Notes: a model not told the origin generated them from the sequence alone. Shown: positions 1 through 9,087, counted from the stretch's first letter. The stretch: 28,468 bases of DNA from Candidatus Peribacteria bacterium (GCA_041691135.1 JBEPVF010000016.1:1-28468); one strand, 5' to 3'. A program made the numbers and translations.

Positions 1-176
1 AAGAACCAAAAAGAAGCGCACCGCCTATGACCCACCTCACTTCCTTGTCGCGCCTATGGGCTTGCGACAAGGAAGTTCGTAACTACTCATCCCCACCACA
101 TAGGCGGAGGGGGTTATTGTCTGGAATAGCGAGTAGGCGAAGAGGCTCGGCGGCCTCTAGCCGCCTGGGAGTAGTG
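1..176. repeat. Dispersed structured intergenic repeat, copy 1 (truncated by window start)
   Basis: Aligns by eye with 7013-7221. Perfect 13-bp stem ACTTCCTTGTCGC (39-51)/GCGACAAGGAAGT (64-76), then an AGGCGG/CCGCCT-closed multibranch. Confidence 0.9.
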
Positions 177-222
177 AAGGGGATCCTCGGTTTCGTCGGC
201 GCCGTCGGTTTCCTCGGAGTCC

Positions 223-1524
223 TCAATTATCGATCTTCTCCTGAATACCCGGCAGCGATGGATCGAGTTGTAATGCTTGCTCGTACGCTGCCTTCGCTTT
301 CTCCGTATCGCTCATCTTTTCGTATACGCTGCCAAGGAGTTCGAAGGCTTTTCCGTCGGTCGGCCATTTGGTTGTTGCCGTCGTCGCGGCAGCGAGTGCT
401 TCGTCGTTGTTTTGCAGCGCGAGTGCGACAGAGACGACCGTCGCCTCATCGGCGAGGGTTGCATCTTTATCGGCGGCCAATGCTTTGTACTGCTGCAGAG
501 CAAGACCCTGATCGTTGGCTTTCACTGCTTCGCGGGCCAGGAATGCATGCACTTCTTTCTCCGGTTGAAAGCCATTCTTGAGCGCATACTGGGCGAAGGT
601 GATTGCGTTCTGATGATCATTGAGTGCGGCGTGCGCGCGAGCCAGAAAGTACTGCGTCTCGGGTTTTTCGGGATCCAGATTGTAGGCTCGTTCCAGCGAT
701 GCGAGCGCCGTTTCATCGCGTTCGGTCGTCAGCTCGCAGAAGCCTTTCACGATCCAGGCATCGCGATAATCATCCTGCTGACTCACGACTTGCGTGAGCA
801 GCGGCAGAGCCAGTTCACACTGTTGCGTTTCGGCCAGTGCGCGGGCGAGCAGCGTGACAAGATGAATATTAGGACTGTCGGGAAACAGCGCGTATTCGTC
901 GTACGCATCCTGCAATACTTTGGCATATGACCGCAGTACGGGATCCCAGCCGCCGATCACCAAGGCGAGTTCCTTCTTCGCATTCTCGTGATCCGCTTGG
1001 ACCAAAAACAACAGCGCCTGCGCATAGTGCCGTTGCGGTGATTCCCCTCCGCCATTGATCACGTCCTGGGCTTTGGATAGTTCACCACTGCGAATATCCA
1101 GGATCGCTTCCAGAAGGAGCAGATCTTCGGCTCGTGCGCCGGCGCTCTTCAGTTTGACCATCGTCGTCCGCACACCATCCGTCTCGCGACGCTGCAGCTG
1201 CGCCTGTGCCAACTTTCGTAATGCCGTCACGCCGCCGCCCTCGCGTACCGCCTTCTGATACTGGTCCTCGGCGTCTTTCCAGTTTCCCTGCAGCGCTAGT
1301 AAATCACCCTGACGCAGTGACAAAAGCGCCTCGTCGCCGGCGCCAATCGGCGTGTCGTCCAGTGCGGAGGGGAGAGGTGTGCTGTCCACGCCGCCGATTC
1401 CCTGCAACTTCTTTTGTAGTTCACTGCTGGTGTTGTTCATTTGATACCACAAGAAGCCCAAAATGCCGCCCGTGACGAGTACAGCGGCAATCACCGGCAG
1501 TAGAATGCGTGTGGGAAATTTCAT
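223..1524 (-). CDS. Membrane-anchored tetratricopeptide repeat (TPR) protein
   Basis: 433-aa ORF with an N-terminal hydrophobic helix and TPR-like helices (ALASLERAYNLDPEKPETQYFLA; AKAAYEQALQLDP). TATTCT lies 7 nt upstream of the ATG. Confidence 0.85.
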   Translation of the reverse strand: MKFPTRILLPVIAAVLVTGGILGFLWYQMNNTSSELQKKLQGIGGVDSTPLPSALDDTPIGAGDEALLSLRQGDLLALQGNWKDAEDQYQKAVREGGGVTALRKLAQAQLQRRETDGVRTTMVKLKSAGARAEDLLLLEAILDIRSGELSKAQDVINGGGESPQRHYAQALLFLVQADHENAKKELALVIGGWDPVLRSYAKVLQDAYDEYALFPDSPNIHLVTLLARALAETQQCELALPLLTQVVSQQDDYRDAWIVKGFCELTTERDETALASLERAYNLDPEKPETQYFLARAHAALNDHQNAITFAQYALKNGFQPEKEVHAFLAREAVKANDQGLALQQYKALAADKDATLADEATVVSVALALQNNDEALAAATTATTKWPTDGKAFELLGSVYEKMSDTEKAKAAYEQALQLDPSLPGIQEKIDN

Positions 1525-1670
1525 CGAGGAAAGAATACAGGGTTAGGCGAGATTCATCTACTCACGAAAAGTGACCGATGTGGCCGAAGTGGCAGAGGGG
1601 ACCGGGGATTGCTCGTCACAATTCACTTAGTTTTTTGCTTTCTGCATTCATGGATAAGTCTTCAAGATCA

Positions 1671-1699
1671 TTGACAATAATCAGTTGTAATTTTAGCCT
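1671..1699 (+). promoter_or_regulatory. Sigma70-type promoter for the 1706 ORF
   Basis: TTGACA (1671-1676), 17 nt, TAGCCT (1694-1699); ATG follows 6 nt later. Confidence 0.6.
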
Positions 1700-1705
1700 T
1701 TAGCT

Positions 1706-1951
1706 ATGGACAAAGCTGATAATTATTATTCTCTTTCTGAGGCGCAGAGAGCGCAAGTGATTGCCTTTGCGAAAGGCAATTCCGACCGGTTTAGAGAGTT
1801 GAACGAGGTGACAATAAGAGAGCTCAGTGCATGTTTAGCCGGTGAAAGTGATCAAGATCTGCTTGAGAGGGTTGTGCGGGAACTCAAAGATCCGAATTCG
1901 CCTTCTAGTAGGGAACTCGAGGGTGCGCGACGAAGCATACAGGGCTTCTAA
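1706..1951 (+). CDS. Small hypothetical protein (81 aa)
   Basis: Fills the gap between two minus-strand genes and has its own promoter; no recognisable motif. Confidence 0.6.
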   Translation: MDKADNYYSLSEAQRAQVIAFAKGNSDRFRELNEVTIRELSACLAGESDQDLLERVVRELKDPNSPSSRELEGARRSIQGF

Positions 1952-1984
1952 CATTTTGTGTTTCTGCCCGTGGCTATCTTCCTG

Positions 1985-2590
1985 TTAGTCCTCAACAGCC
2001 GGGCTCAGTTCGCCATCTTCACTCAACGCACGTGAGACTGTCGATTTAGCGGCGGCATCGGCGAGGTGCTTGGGGAGGACGGCTTCGATGGCGCCCCATT
2101 TGGCGTCGCTGTCTTGAGGCAGAAGGATAGTCACCTGATCGCCGACCTCGGCGCGGTAGAAGGTGACGGAGGCCAAGAGCACGCGGAAGGCTTTGCCTTC
2201 GGCGAGGACTTTGTACTGACCGTCTTCCTGAATCAGCAGGCCCAGTGCCGTGCGGCGGGGGATGGGTGCGATTTGCTTGTAGATGAATTTGCCTTCGTCG
2301 GTGATGGTCAGTTTCATGCCGTCGCTTTCGACGAGCTTGCTCTTGGAGGCGTAGTTGGCCGGAACTGGATACGTCTGGCCGCCGGAATCCACCATGTTCT
2401 GGCCGTCGAAAATACCTTCGATGACTTTGCCACCCACTGCGGACGACATCGTGCCGGCGCGGAGCATGTGCTTCTCGCGGCCCGTGTCGATCACGCCTGT
2501 CATATCACGAAGCAGGGCATGTGCCGTTTTAAGAGACGACATAGCACTGTCGATCAATTCCTGCACTTGGATGAGCGTATCGTCGGACAT
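1985..2590 (-). CDS. Conserved CPR-type hypothetical protein (201 aa; start re-called at MSDDTL)
   Basis: Motif GKVIEGIFDGQNM...YPVPANYASKSKLV..D.MKLTI...GKFIYKQI, recalled as a family widespread in Patescibacteria. The longer ORF-track start overlaps the PfkB gene. Confidence 0.8.
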   Translation of the reverse strand: MSDDTLIQVQELIDSAMSSLKTAHALLRDMTGVIDTGREKHMLRAGTMSSAVGGKVIEGIFDGQNMVDSGGQTYPVPANYASKSKLVESDGMKLTITDEGKFIYKQIAPIPRRTALGLLIQEDGQYKVLAEGKAFRVLLASVTFYRAEVGDQVTILLPQDSDAKWGAIEAVLPKHLADAAAKSTVSRALSEDGELSPAVED

Positions 2591-2609
2591 GGGACGGGAG
2601 GGAAGTGTA

Positions 2610-3587
2610 TTACGAGAGCGACGGGAGAACCTCGACGTCCAAGCGAACGGATGTGAGTCTGCGTTGCATCTCGGTGTCTGTGAGGAGTCCCTGCTGTGCT
2701 CCAATGAAGGAGAGGACGCTCGCAGCGTTTATAGTACCTGCACGGAGGCAATTTGGCAAGTCCCAGCCCGAGGCCAGCCCATAGGTCATTCCGACTCCGA
2801 ATGCATCGCCGGCGCCGGTCGTATCGACGATTTCGCCGTTGCGCAGAGCGGGGCAATGGTAGAAGTGCGTACCATCGTAGGCGAAGGTGCCATTCGCACC
2901 ATCGGTAATGCTCACTACGCGTGGTCCGAATGAGGCGAGGCGCTTAAAGGCATCGGCCACAGTCAACTGGCCGCTGAATGCCAATGCCTCCTCTTTATTG
3001 AGCAGAAGAAGCTTTGTATTGGCCATCAGAAGGCGATTGAGTTCGTAGTCGACTCCCTGTTCGATCTGACAACCGCCCGGATTCCAGGTGAGGCCTGGTC
3101 CCTTGACGATGGCGAGCAGGGCGATCAGGTCATCCTCGATCATGCAACTGCGTTCGTGCAGGTGGTTCAGATAAATCCAATCCATCTGCGCCGCCGCCTC
3201 GCGGTCGAATGTGCTGTCCTGCAAGTGCACGTTGGTGCCGGCAGTGTAGAAGATCGTGCGTTCGCCGCCCTTCGTGCCGACGATGATCGAGAAACTGGTC
3301 GTTTCGTTCTCCACTTGTGTGGCCAGATCTGTCTTCACGCCTTCGCGCTTCAGATTATCCATCAGTTTTTCGCCCCACTGATCGCAGCCGAGGACGCCGC
3401 AAAATGAGGCGTCACAGCCCAAGCGCTTGAGTCCGACCGATGTGTTCGACGCGCCGCCGCCGCATGATTCCTTCACTTCCGACACGGCGATCTTGCTGCC
3501 GATCTCAATCGTCGTGAGCGTGCGTTCGGTGTGGGCCAGAAGGTCGAACGTGGCACCGCCGATGGAGAGAGTGTGAAGTGGGGTCAA
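2610..3587 (-). CDS. PfkB/ribokinase-family carbohydrate kinase
   Basis: N-terminal GGGASNTSVGLKRLG and C-terminal DTTGAGDAF signature; TTG start. Confidence 0.92.
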   Translation of the reverse strand: MTPLHTLSIGGATFDLLAHTERTLTTIEIGSKIAVSEVKESCGGGASNTSVGLKRLGCDASFCGVLGCDQWGEKLMDNLKREGVKTDLATQVENETTSFSIIVGTKGGERTIFYTAGTNVHLQDSTFDREAAAQMDWIYLNHLHERSCMIEDDLIALLAIVKGPGLTWNPGGCQIEQGVDYELNRLLMANTKLLLLNKEEALAFSGQLTVADAFKRLASFGPRVVSITDGANGTFAYDGTHFYHCPALRNGEIVDTTGAGDAFGVGMTYGLASGWDLPNCLRAGTINAASVLSFIGAQQGLLTDTEMQRRLTSVRLDVEVLPSLS

Positions 3588-3633
3588 AGGAATTGAGAAT
3601 TGATACTTAAAAATGCAGAATGAAGGAAGGGTC

Positions 3634-6024
3634 CTACGTCTTGTAACGGTCGTTCATCATTCTGGCGAACGCGCGCATCTGCTTCTTTGTTTTGCGCTGT
3701 TTGCGGTGGAACGAGAAGCCGAGAATCGTCAGGAACAGCGCAGTCCACCAGGCGATGGGCGGCAGGCCGACATGGGGATTCTGGGCACCCGGATGGAGAG
3801 TGATGAGCGGCGGAATATCATTCTTATTGATGGGGGATTCCTCGGCCGGTGCGGCGTGGAAGATACCGGTGCCGGTGGGTGTGCCCTGCGTGCTTGCGGC
3901 AATTTCGATAAGCTTTTCGCCCGTAATTGTCACCGGGACAAGTTGTACATAGTAGAGGACGCCGGGCAGAAGATCAGTCAGGCGATACTGCTGCAAGGCA
4001 GGATTGATCACCCGCTGTTCGCTGAGGTCGTCCGGCTTTACGCCGAACAATACGACGTACGCACCGAGCGAAGGTGCATCCGGAAAATCCCAGCTGAGGG
4101 TGAGGTCGCTCTCGCCGGGGATCGCTTGCAGACGGATGCCCTTGGGCGTGGCCGAGACGGTGTCGCTGCGAAGCGTGCTCTCGCGATTGCCGAGCAGTGC
4201 GGTGACGGCGAACAGGTACTTCACGCCGGGCGAGAGACCCTGCACGATGGCCGATGGCGTGTCGTTGTTCGTGTCCATCGTCTTGGCGAAGACGGGTTCC
4301 TGATTCGTCTGGCTGTCATCGGCTTGTCCGATGTAGATGCGGTACCCTTCGACATTCTCGGGGACGGCACTCCACGAAATCTTGGCACCGTTCACCTGCG
4401 CGTCAGCATGAACGCTCTGGACTTGCGACAGTCCTTTGGGTGCCACGGTCAGCGTTTGTTCGAGCGTGGTCGCGTTACCGGCATCATCGGTGGCCGTCGT
4501 GATGGCCGAATATTTATCTTCGCGGCTGGGAGCGACGAACAGGGTCTGGTACATCGTCGGATTTGAGGGGTTCTGGGCAAACATGGATGTTTTGCCGTCG
4601 ATGACTAGTGCGATGCTCTTCAGATCCGTATCACTCACTTGTGTCATAGCCAACACGTTTGCACCTGCTTCGGGTGACGGCGGCGAGAAGGTGATGGTTT
4701 GGAGAGCTGGAGCGCTTGTATCGACAGTGAAGCTCACCGTTGCCGGCGAGAGTACGCCCTGCTCATCCGTTACGGTTAACGTTGCCTGCTTCGTTCCGTC
4801 GACAAGGTCGACGAAGGCGGCGAACTTTCCGGTCTCATCGGTCTGCGTATTCACCGGAGCTTTGCCGCCGGTCACCATCAGGTTCGTCAGTGGCGCGGCT
4901 TTCCCGCTCACCTGTACCTGCATAGTGTTGACGGCATTGTGCGGCGACGTGATCTCGATGCGGCCGCTTACTCCCGTGTCGCCATCGCTGCTGACCACTA
5001 CTTTTATCGTTCCCTTGATGCTCGGATCGTTGGCATCTTCCACATGGATTTCGTGCACGCCGGGGACCGAGAATGTCAGTGCCGCCGGTACATCCAGCTG
5101 ACCCTGCGATTGGGTGAGGAACTTGAGTTTTCCGAATCCGTTGCGGTCGCTGTTCACGTCGCCGGGCAGGATGGCGGTGGCATCGTTGGTGACAGACACG
5201 TACACCGATCCGTTGTAATCGGGAACCAAATTGCCTTTGGTATCCACGGCACGAATACTGAAGGCGAACGGTTCGCGGACGGTCACCACTTTCGGCGATT
5301 GAACATCGAAGCTGGTGATGACGGATTGGGCATAGGCCGTCGGAATGATGCTGGCCATCAGACTGTCGCCGCCGATAGCGGCCATGCCGCCGACGAGCAG
5401 CGTGAGGCGGGTGTCGATAACCGTATTGCTCAGAACATCGATGGCACTCAGTGTCGTTTGACCGGGTGCCGTGCTTTCCACATAGAAGCGCTGCATGCCG
5501 CTCGCATCCGTTGCCTCCGTCAAAGGCGTAGCAGTATCGGTGGCACGCGTCGTAATCAAATTTGCCGGACGGCCAGATAGGGGATTGGCGTATGCGTCAC
5601 GCAGCGTCACGCGGATCTCGGTGCCAGCGGTATGACCAAGTCCGATCTGCATTTGCTGTGTTTCGATCGATGAATTATGAGCGTCGACGGCGCCCGGTCG
5701 CACGGCGAAATGTGCATTGGCCGGAAGAGCCTGGCTGTTCTGGTCCACTGTCACGGCGTACACACCCGCTTCCTGTACGCTGCTGCCGGGAATGTTTACG
5801 GTTGCATTGCCCTGCGCGTCAGCCTGTGTGTGCAGCACAATCTCGGCGCCGGATGGCGATTGCACTACGACATCCATCGGATTGAACGAGAAACCGGACA
5901 GGGAAACGGACGTGCCGATCCCTGCAAAGGTATCGCTCACCTGCAAGTTGCCCACCGCCATTGCTGGCAGGGGAAAGGAGCACATGTGTACGACCAGAAG
6001 AGCGAGGAAGAGTTTTTTGTGCAT
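3634..6024 (-). CDS. Secreted Ig-like/fibronectin type III surface protein with C-terminal membrane anchor
   Basis: Signal peptide; Big-like segment (RVTLRDAYANPLSG); two FN3-like units (ISW...GYRIY...GLSPGVKYLFAVTA; LSW...LLPGVLYYVQL); C-terminal TM plus basic tail. TGCTATAAT upstream. Confidence 0.85.
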   Translation of the reverse strand: MHKKLFLALLVVHMCSFPLPAMAVGNLQVSDTFAGIGTSVSLSGFSFNPMDVVVQSPSGAEIVLHTQADAQGNATVNIPGSSVQEAGVYAVTVDQNSQALPANAHFAVRPGAVDAHNSSIETQQMQIGLGHTAGTEIRVTLRDAYANPLSGRPANLITTRATDTATPLTEATDASGMQRFYVESTAPGQTTLSAIDVLSNTVIDTRLTLLVGGMAAIGGDSLMASIIPTAYAQSVITSFDVQSPKVVTVREPFAFSIRAVDTKGNLVPDYNGSVYVSVTNDATAILPGDVNSDRNGFGKLKFLTQSQGQLDVPAALTFSVPGVHEIHVEDANDPSIKGTIKVVVSSDGDTGVSGRIEITSPHNAVNTMQVQVSGKAAPLTNLMVTGGKAPVNTQTDETGKFAAFVDLVDGTKQATLTVTDEQGVLSPATVSFTVDTSAPALQTITFSPPSPEAGANVLAMTQVSDTDLKSIALVIDGKTSMFAQNPSNPTMYQTLFVAPSREDKYSAITTATDDAGNATTLEQTLTVAPKGLSQVQSVHADAQVNGAKISWSAVPENVEGYRIYIGQADDSQTNQEPVFAKTMDTNNDTPSAIVQGLSPGVKYLFAVTALLGNRESTLRSDTVSATPKGIRLQAIPGESDLTLSWDFPDAPSLGAYVVLFGVKPDDLSEQRVINPALQQYRLTDLLPGVLYYVQLVPVTITGEKLIEIAASTQGTPTGTGIFHAAPAEESPINKNDIPPLITLHPGAQNPHVGLPPIAWWTALFLTILGFSFHRKQRKTKKQMRAFARMMNDRYKT

Positions 6025-6189
6025 AAATCATATAATTATAGCAGAAACAGCCGTTCGGCTCAATGCAGACAGGCCAGAGGAAGGCCCGACGGGCAAGCAG
6101 GCCCGGAAAGGCAGAACGGCTTGTTAAATTTGCCTTTCCTGCCCTCTCTGCCTTTCCTGTCTTCCGCATTGTGCGCTATCCTACGCGCC

Positions 6190-6759
6190 ATGCGACGTCT
6201 TCCGATTCTCCTGTCTTCTGTTCTATTGCTCGTAGCCTGTAGCGGCAGTAGTAAAACCTCCGGTGTTACCTGCAAAGAGCAATTTTGGAATGGATCGGTC
6301 GGGACGTGTCTGCCGGTCGGTTGGTCGGTGGTCCCGCGCGAAAAGCTGACCGAACGCGGATTGCCGGACGAGGTGGTGGCTGCTTTTGAGCGCGAAACGG
6401 CCGCAGCCGGACAGACGCCGGTTGTTCTCGTCACCAAACAAACACTCGCACAGGATGTGGATGCCAAGACGTACAGTGATGCGAGTATCCGTTCCGTCAC
6501 CGGACTGGCCGGCTACAAACTAATCGACACGCGTGCTCTTAAAATCGATGGCCAGGATGTACAGATTCACATCTACACCGCTCAACCGAATGCCGATGAA
6601 CCGGCGCACCGTTTTTACCAGCTGAGTGTCGCGACGAAGGGCGCAGGTTACACCTACACGGGCCTCACGCCGCTGTCGGTGGATAGCACGCTGGAGAGCG
6701 AGGTCTTGCTCATGATGAATAATGCGACGCTGGTGGCGCCATCGACGAGCAGTAAATAA
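6190..6759 (+). CDS. Lipoprotein, possibly PsbP/DcrB-like fold (189 aa; start re-called)
   Basis: MRRLPILLSSVLLLVAC lipobox; TATCCT 7 nt before ATG 6190. The fold guess comes from the LPVGW...IDGQDVQIHIYT pattern. Confidence 0.75.
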   Translation: MRRLPILLSSVLLLVACSGSSKTSGVTCKEQFWNGSVGTCLPVGWSVVPREKLTERGLPDEVVAAFERETAAAGQTPVVLVTKQTLAQDVDAKTYSDASIRSVTGLAGYKLIDTRALKIDGQDVQIHIYTAQPNADEPAHRFYQLSVATKGAGYTYTGLTPLSVDSTLESEVLLMMNNATLVAPSTSSK

Positions 6760-6835
6760 TGGTGATAGAGGATTTCCTTTATGAGGAGCGTTGGTGTTGC
6801 TAGGACAAATTGGTTACACTTTAGCCGCATTTATT

Positions 6836-6910
6836 GGTGCCGTAGCCAAGTAGTAAGGCAGGGGTCTGCAAAACCCCCATACGTGGGTGCAATTCCCACC
6901 GGCACCTCCA
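6836..6910 (+). tRNA. tRNA-Cys(GCA)
   Basis: Acceptor GGTGCCG/CGGCACC, anticodon arm GGGGT-CTGCAAA-ACCCC, T stem GTGGG/CCCAC, U73 discriminator, encoded CCA. Confidence 0.96.
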
Positions 6911-6981
6911 TTCATAGAGCGGGCTTTCTCCCCGCGGATGGTCATGATTTCCCAGCACCAACCTTCCCAATCACCAGTGGT

Positions 6982-7225
6982 GTTCTTTTTCTTGTCTCCC
7001 CGCGACAAGAAAAAGAACCAAAAAGAAGCGCATCCGACTTCGCCTGCGGGCTACGCCGGACAGGCCGCCTCTATGACCCACCTCACTTCCTTGTCGCGCC
7101 TAACGGTTTGCGACAAGGAAGTTCGTACCCACCTATCCCCACCACATAGGCGGAGGGACTGTTCCCTGGAATAGCGAACGTGCGAAGAGGCTTGGCAGCC
7201 TCTAGCCGCCTGGGTGTAGTGGAGA
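6982..7225. repeat. Dispersed structured intergenic repeat, copy 2
   Basis: 15-bp perfect stem 6982-6996/7004-7018, 13-bp stem 7085-7097/7110-7122, multibranch around 7136-7225. Homologous to 1-176 with a 32-nt insertion (7033-7064). Confidence 0.9.
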
Positions 7226-7317
7226 GAACTTAAACACACACATCTCCCTCTTCCGGCAGGTCTCTAATGTTCAACGACGAGCAGACGATCACCACTCCCT
7301 TTGCGGCAGGAGCTGGA

Positions 7318-7338
7318 GGGAGAGGGCCGGGGTGAGGG
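7318..7338. repeat. REP-like CCCTCACCCCGGCCCTCTCCC motif (minus-strand reading)
   Basis: GGGAGAGGGCCGGGGTGAGGG on the + strand, matching a widespread intergenic palindrome family recalled from other bacteria. Confidence 0.55.
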
Positions 7339-7441
7339 AGCACCAGCTCACGATGAATCAACCAGCTTCGACCAACCGCGAAGAAAGCGGCAGCGCCATG
7401 CTGAATATTGCACTGATGCCCATGCAGCAATCTCTCTGTGG

Positions 7442-7837
7442 CTACCTCTGTTCTGTATACTTCGCATCAATCGCAATGCCGCCGCGCACGTTGAACCGCA
7501 CCGTCACATCCACCGACAACGGCTGCACGAATTTCATCATGTCTTTGCCGATATCGATCGCGAGGTGTTCGTGGAACACGCCTTCGTTGCGGTAGCTTTC
7601 CAAATACAGTTTCAGTGATTTCGATTCGACGACGTACGTGTCCGGTTTGTACGTGATTTCAATCTCGGCGAAATCCGGTTGCTTGGTGAGCGGACAGATA
7701 CACGTGAACTCGGTGCAGTGAAGCGTCACTTCCATCTGACCGGGTGCATGATTGGGAAACACCTCCAACGTGCGTGATGCAGCGGCTTTGTTGCCGAGCT
7801 TGGTGAGTGATGCCAGGTCTTTTTTGGTAGTTGTCAT
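7442..7837 (-). CDS. queF: NADPH-dependent 7-cyano-7-deazaguanine (preQ0) reductase, unimodular
   Basis: CPLTKQPDFA, the ESKSLKLYL QueF motif, FHE and RGGI. Confidence 0.95.
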   Translation of the reverse strand: MTTTKKDLASLTKLGNKAAASRTLEVFPNHAPGQMEVTLHCTEFTCICPLTKQPDFAEIEITYKPDTYVVESKSLKLYLESYRNEGVFHEHLAIDIGKDMMKFVQPLSVDVTVRFNVRGGIAIDAKYTEQR

Positions 7838-7857
7838 CAGTGTTCGGAGGGCAGTGA

Positions 7858-8553
7858 TCAGGCTTGAAAGCTGAGAGGGGAGAAGTTGGTATCGATATCG
7901 TAGTGATCCATCTGATCAGCGCGCTTCAGGTAGCCGACAACGACATACGTGAGCGGCGTGGCGATGGTTTCGAAAGCCACTTTAAACAGCCACTGGGTCA
8001 GAATCACGGTTGGGAGCTGTGATGCAGGTAACACACCCCAGAAGGCGATGGAGATGAACAGGAGCGAGTCGAGCCCCTCACCGACGATGGTGGAACCGAT
8101 GGTGCGCATCCACAAATACTTTCCTTTGGTCTTGATCTTCATCTTCGCCAAGATGTATGCGTTGGCAAATTCTCCTGCCAGATAGGCGACGAAGGACGCG
8201 CCCAAAATACGCGGGATTGCGCTGAGCACGGCTGCGAAGGCGCTCTGTCCGTCGTAGAACGGTGCCGATGGCAAACTGATGGCAATAGCTATGATGACGA
8301 CGGCGATAAGGTTGCAGACGAATCCGAGCCAGATCACCCGGCGCATCGCGGCATAGCCGTACACTTCGGTGAGCACATCCGACAGAATGTAGCTGACGGG
8401 AAAGACGATCACCGCTGCCGGCAGAAATAATCCGCCGAACGCAGCAATTTTGCCGGCGATGATATTGGATACCAGCAGTGTCATGATAAAGAGGCCCGAG
8501 AGGACCTGAAAATTGCGCGACGAGGACATCGGAGGCGTAGGGATGAGAGGCAT
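7858..8553 (-). CDS. yhhQ: Queuosine precursor transporter (YhhQ/Vut_1 family)
   Basis: Multi-TM protein with SNIIAGK, FPVSYILSDVLTEVYGY, RILGASFVAYLAGE and RTIGSTIVGEGLDS; directly upstream of queF. Alternative start at 8529. Confidence 0.9.
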   Translation of the reverse strand: MPLIPTPPMSSSRNFQVLSGLFIMTLLVSNIIAGKIAAFGGLFLPAAVIVFPVSYILSDVLTEVYGYAAMRRVIWLGFVCNLIAVVIIAIAISLPSAPFYDGQSAFAAVLSAIPRILGASFVAYLAGEFANAYILAKMKIKTKGKYLWMRTIGSTIVGEGLDSLLFISIAFWGVLPASQLPTVILTQWLFKVAFETIATPLTYVVVGYLKRADQMDHYDIDTNFSPLSFQA

Positions 8554-8663
8554 GCGCCCATGGTAGCAGATAAGGCGGTAAAAGCTGCAGTAGACCGTAT
8601 ATTGCTAATATATTATTTTTATAGTATAATATTATCAAATACACATCCTTCCCTCCTCTTCTC

Positions 8664-9035
8664 ATGAAGAATCATCACAGTGGCTACGTGGCCTTCGGTG
8701 CGACATTCGCGCTTCTGCTCCTGATTACGGGGCTGAGCACGCAGTCGACGATCGCCAGTGCATCGTCGTTCAAGTCCTTCCAGGACCAGTCGCAGGTGAA
8801 CCGCGTGTTCCAGCGCGGCAAAATCCTCCGCATTCGCGATGCTCTCCCAGCCTATGATCTGCCTGATGCCGTAACAACGCCGGACGTCGATCCTTCTCAA
8901 TCTGCTGCGTGCGGAGTGGCAAAGGATATCGTTGGCAGTTTGTCGGTATCAGTCACGCTGACAAGCGCTACCAAGGCTCAAAAAGCTGATATGCAGGATC
9001 AGATGGATGGGTTGCTGGCCAAGTACTGCTCCTAG
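8664..9035 (+). CDS. Secreted/membrane hypothetical protein (123 aa)
   Basis: N-terminal hydrophobic segment, two Cys, followed by a terminator-like hairpin. Confidence 0.7.
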   Translation: MKNHHSGYVAFGATFALLLLITGLSTQSTIASASSFKSFQDQSQVNRVFQRGKILRIRDALPAYDLPDAVTTPDVDPSQSAACGVAKDIVGSLSVSVTLTSATKAQKADMQDQMDGLLAKYCS

Positions 9036-9058
9036 GGAGGCAACCGAAGTAACCAAAG

Positions 9059-9087
9059 AAACCGAGGAGAGAACGCCTCGGTTTTTC
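9059..9087 (+). terminator. Intrinsic terminator
   Basis: AAACCGAGG (9059-9067)/CCTCGGTTT (9076-9084) with a T run. Confidence 0.6.

Noticed and set aside
27-581. 184-aa + strand ORF and the similar short ORFs at 6781-7239
   Set aside because: They run through the non-coding repeat, the tRNA or the antisense of the TPR gene; their shared 'MTHLTSLSRL' text simply reflects the repeat.
1985-2590. Ribosomal protein L7/L12 label sometimes attached to this family
   Set aside because: The sequence has no L7/L12 features such as the Ala-rich hinge or the KEAKDLVE-type C-terminal domain.
5677-6189. N-terminal extension of the 360-aa ORF
   Set aside because: It overlaps the divergent Ig/FN3 gene; the lipobox and -10 box support a start at 6190.
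7136-7225. HDV-like/theta ribozyme near tRNA-Cys (GCGAA motifs)
   Set aside because: I could not build the nested double pseudoknot, and it is not directly adjacent to the tRNA 3' end.
8554-8660. preQ1 riboswitch upstream of yhhQ-queF
   Set aside because: No aptamer stem or A-rich tail is visible, and the promoter abuts the start codon.
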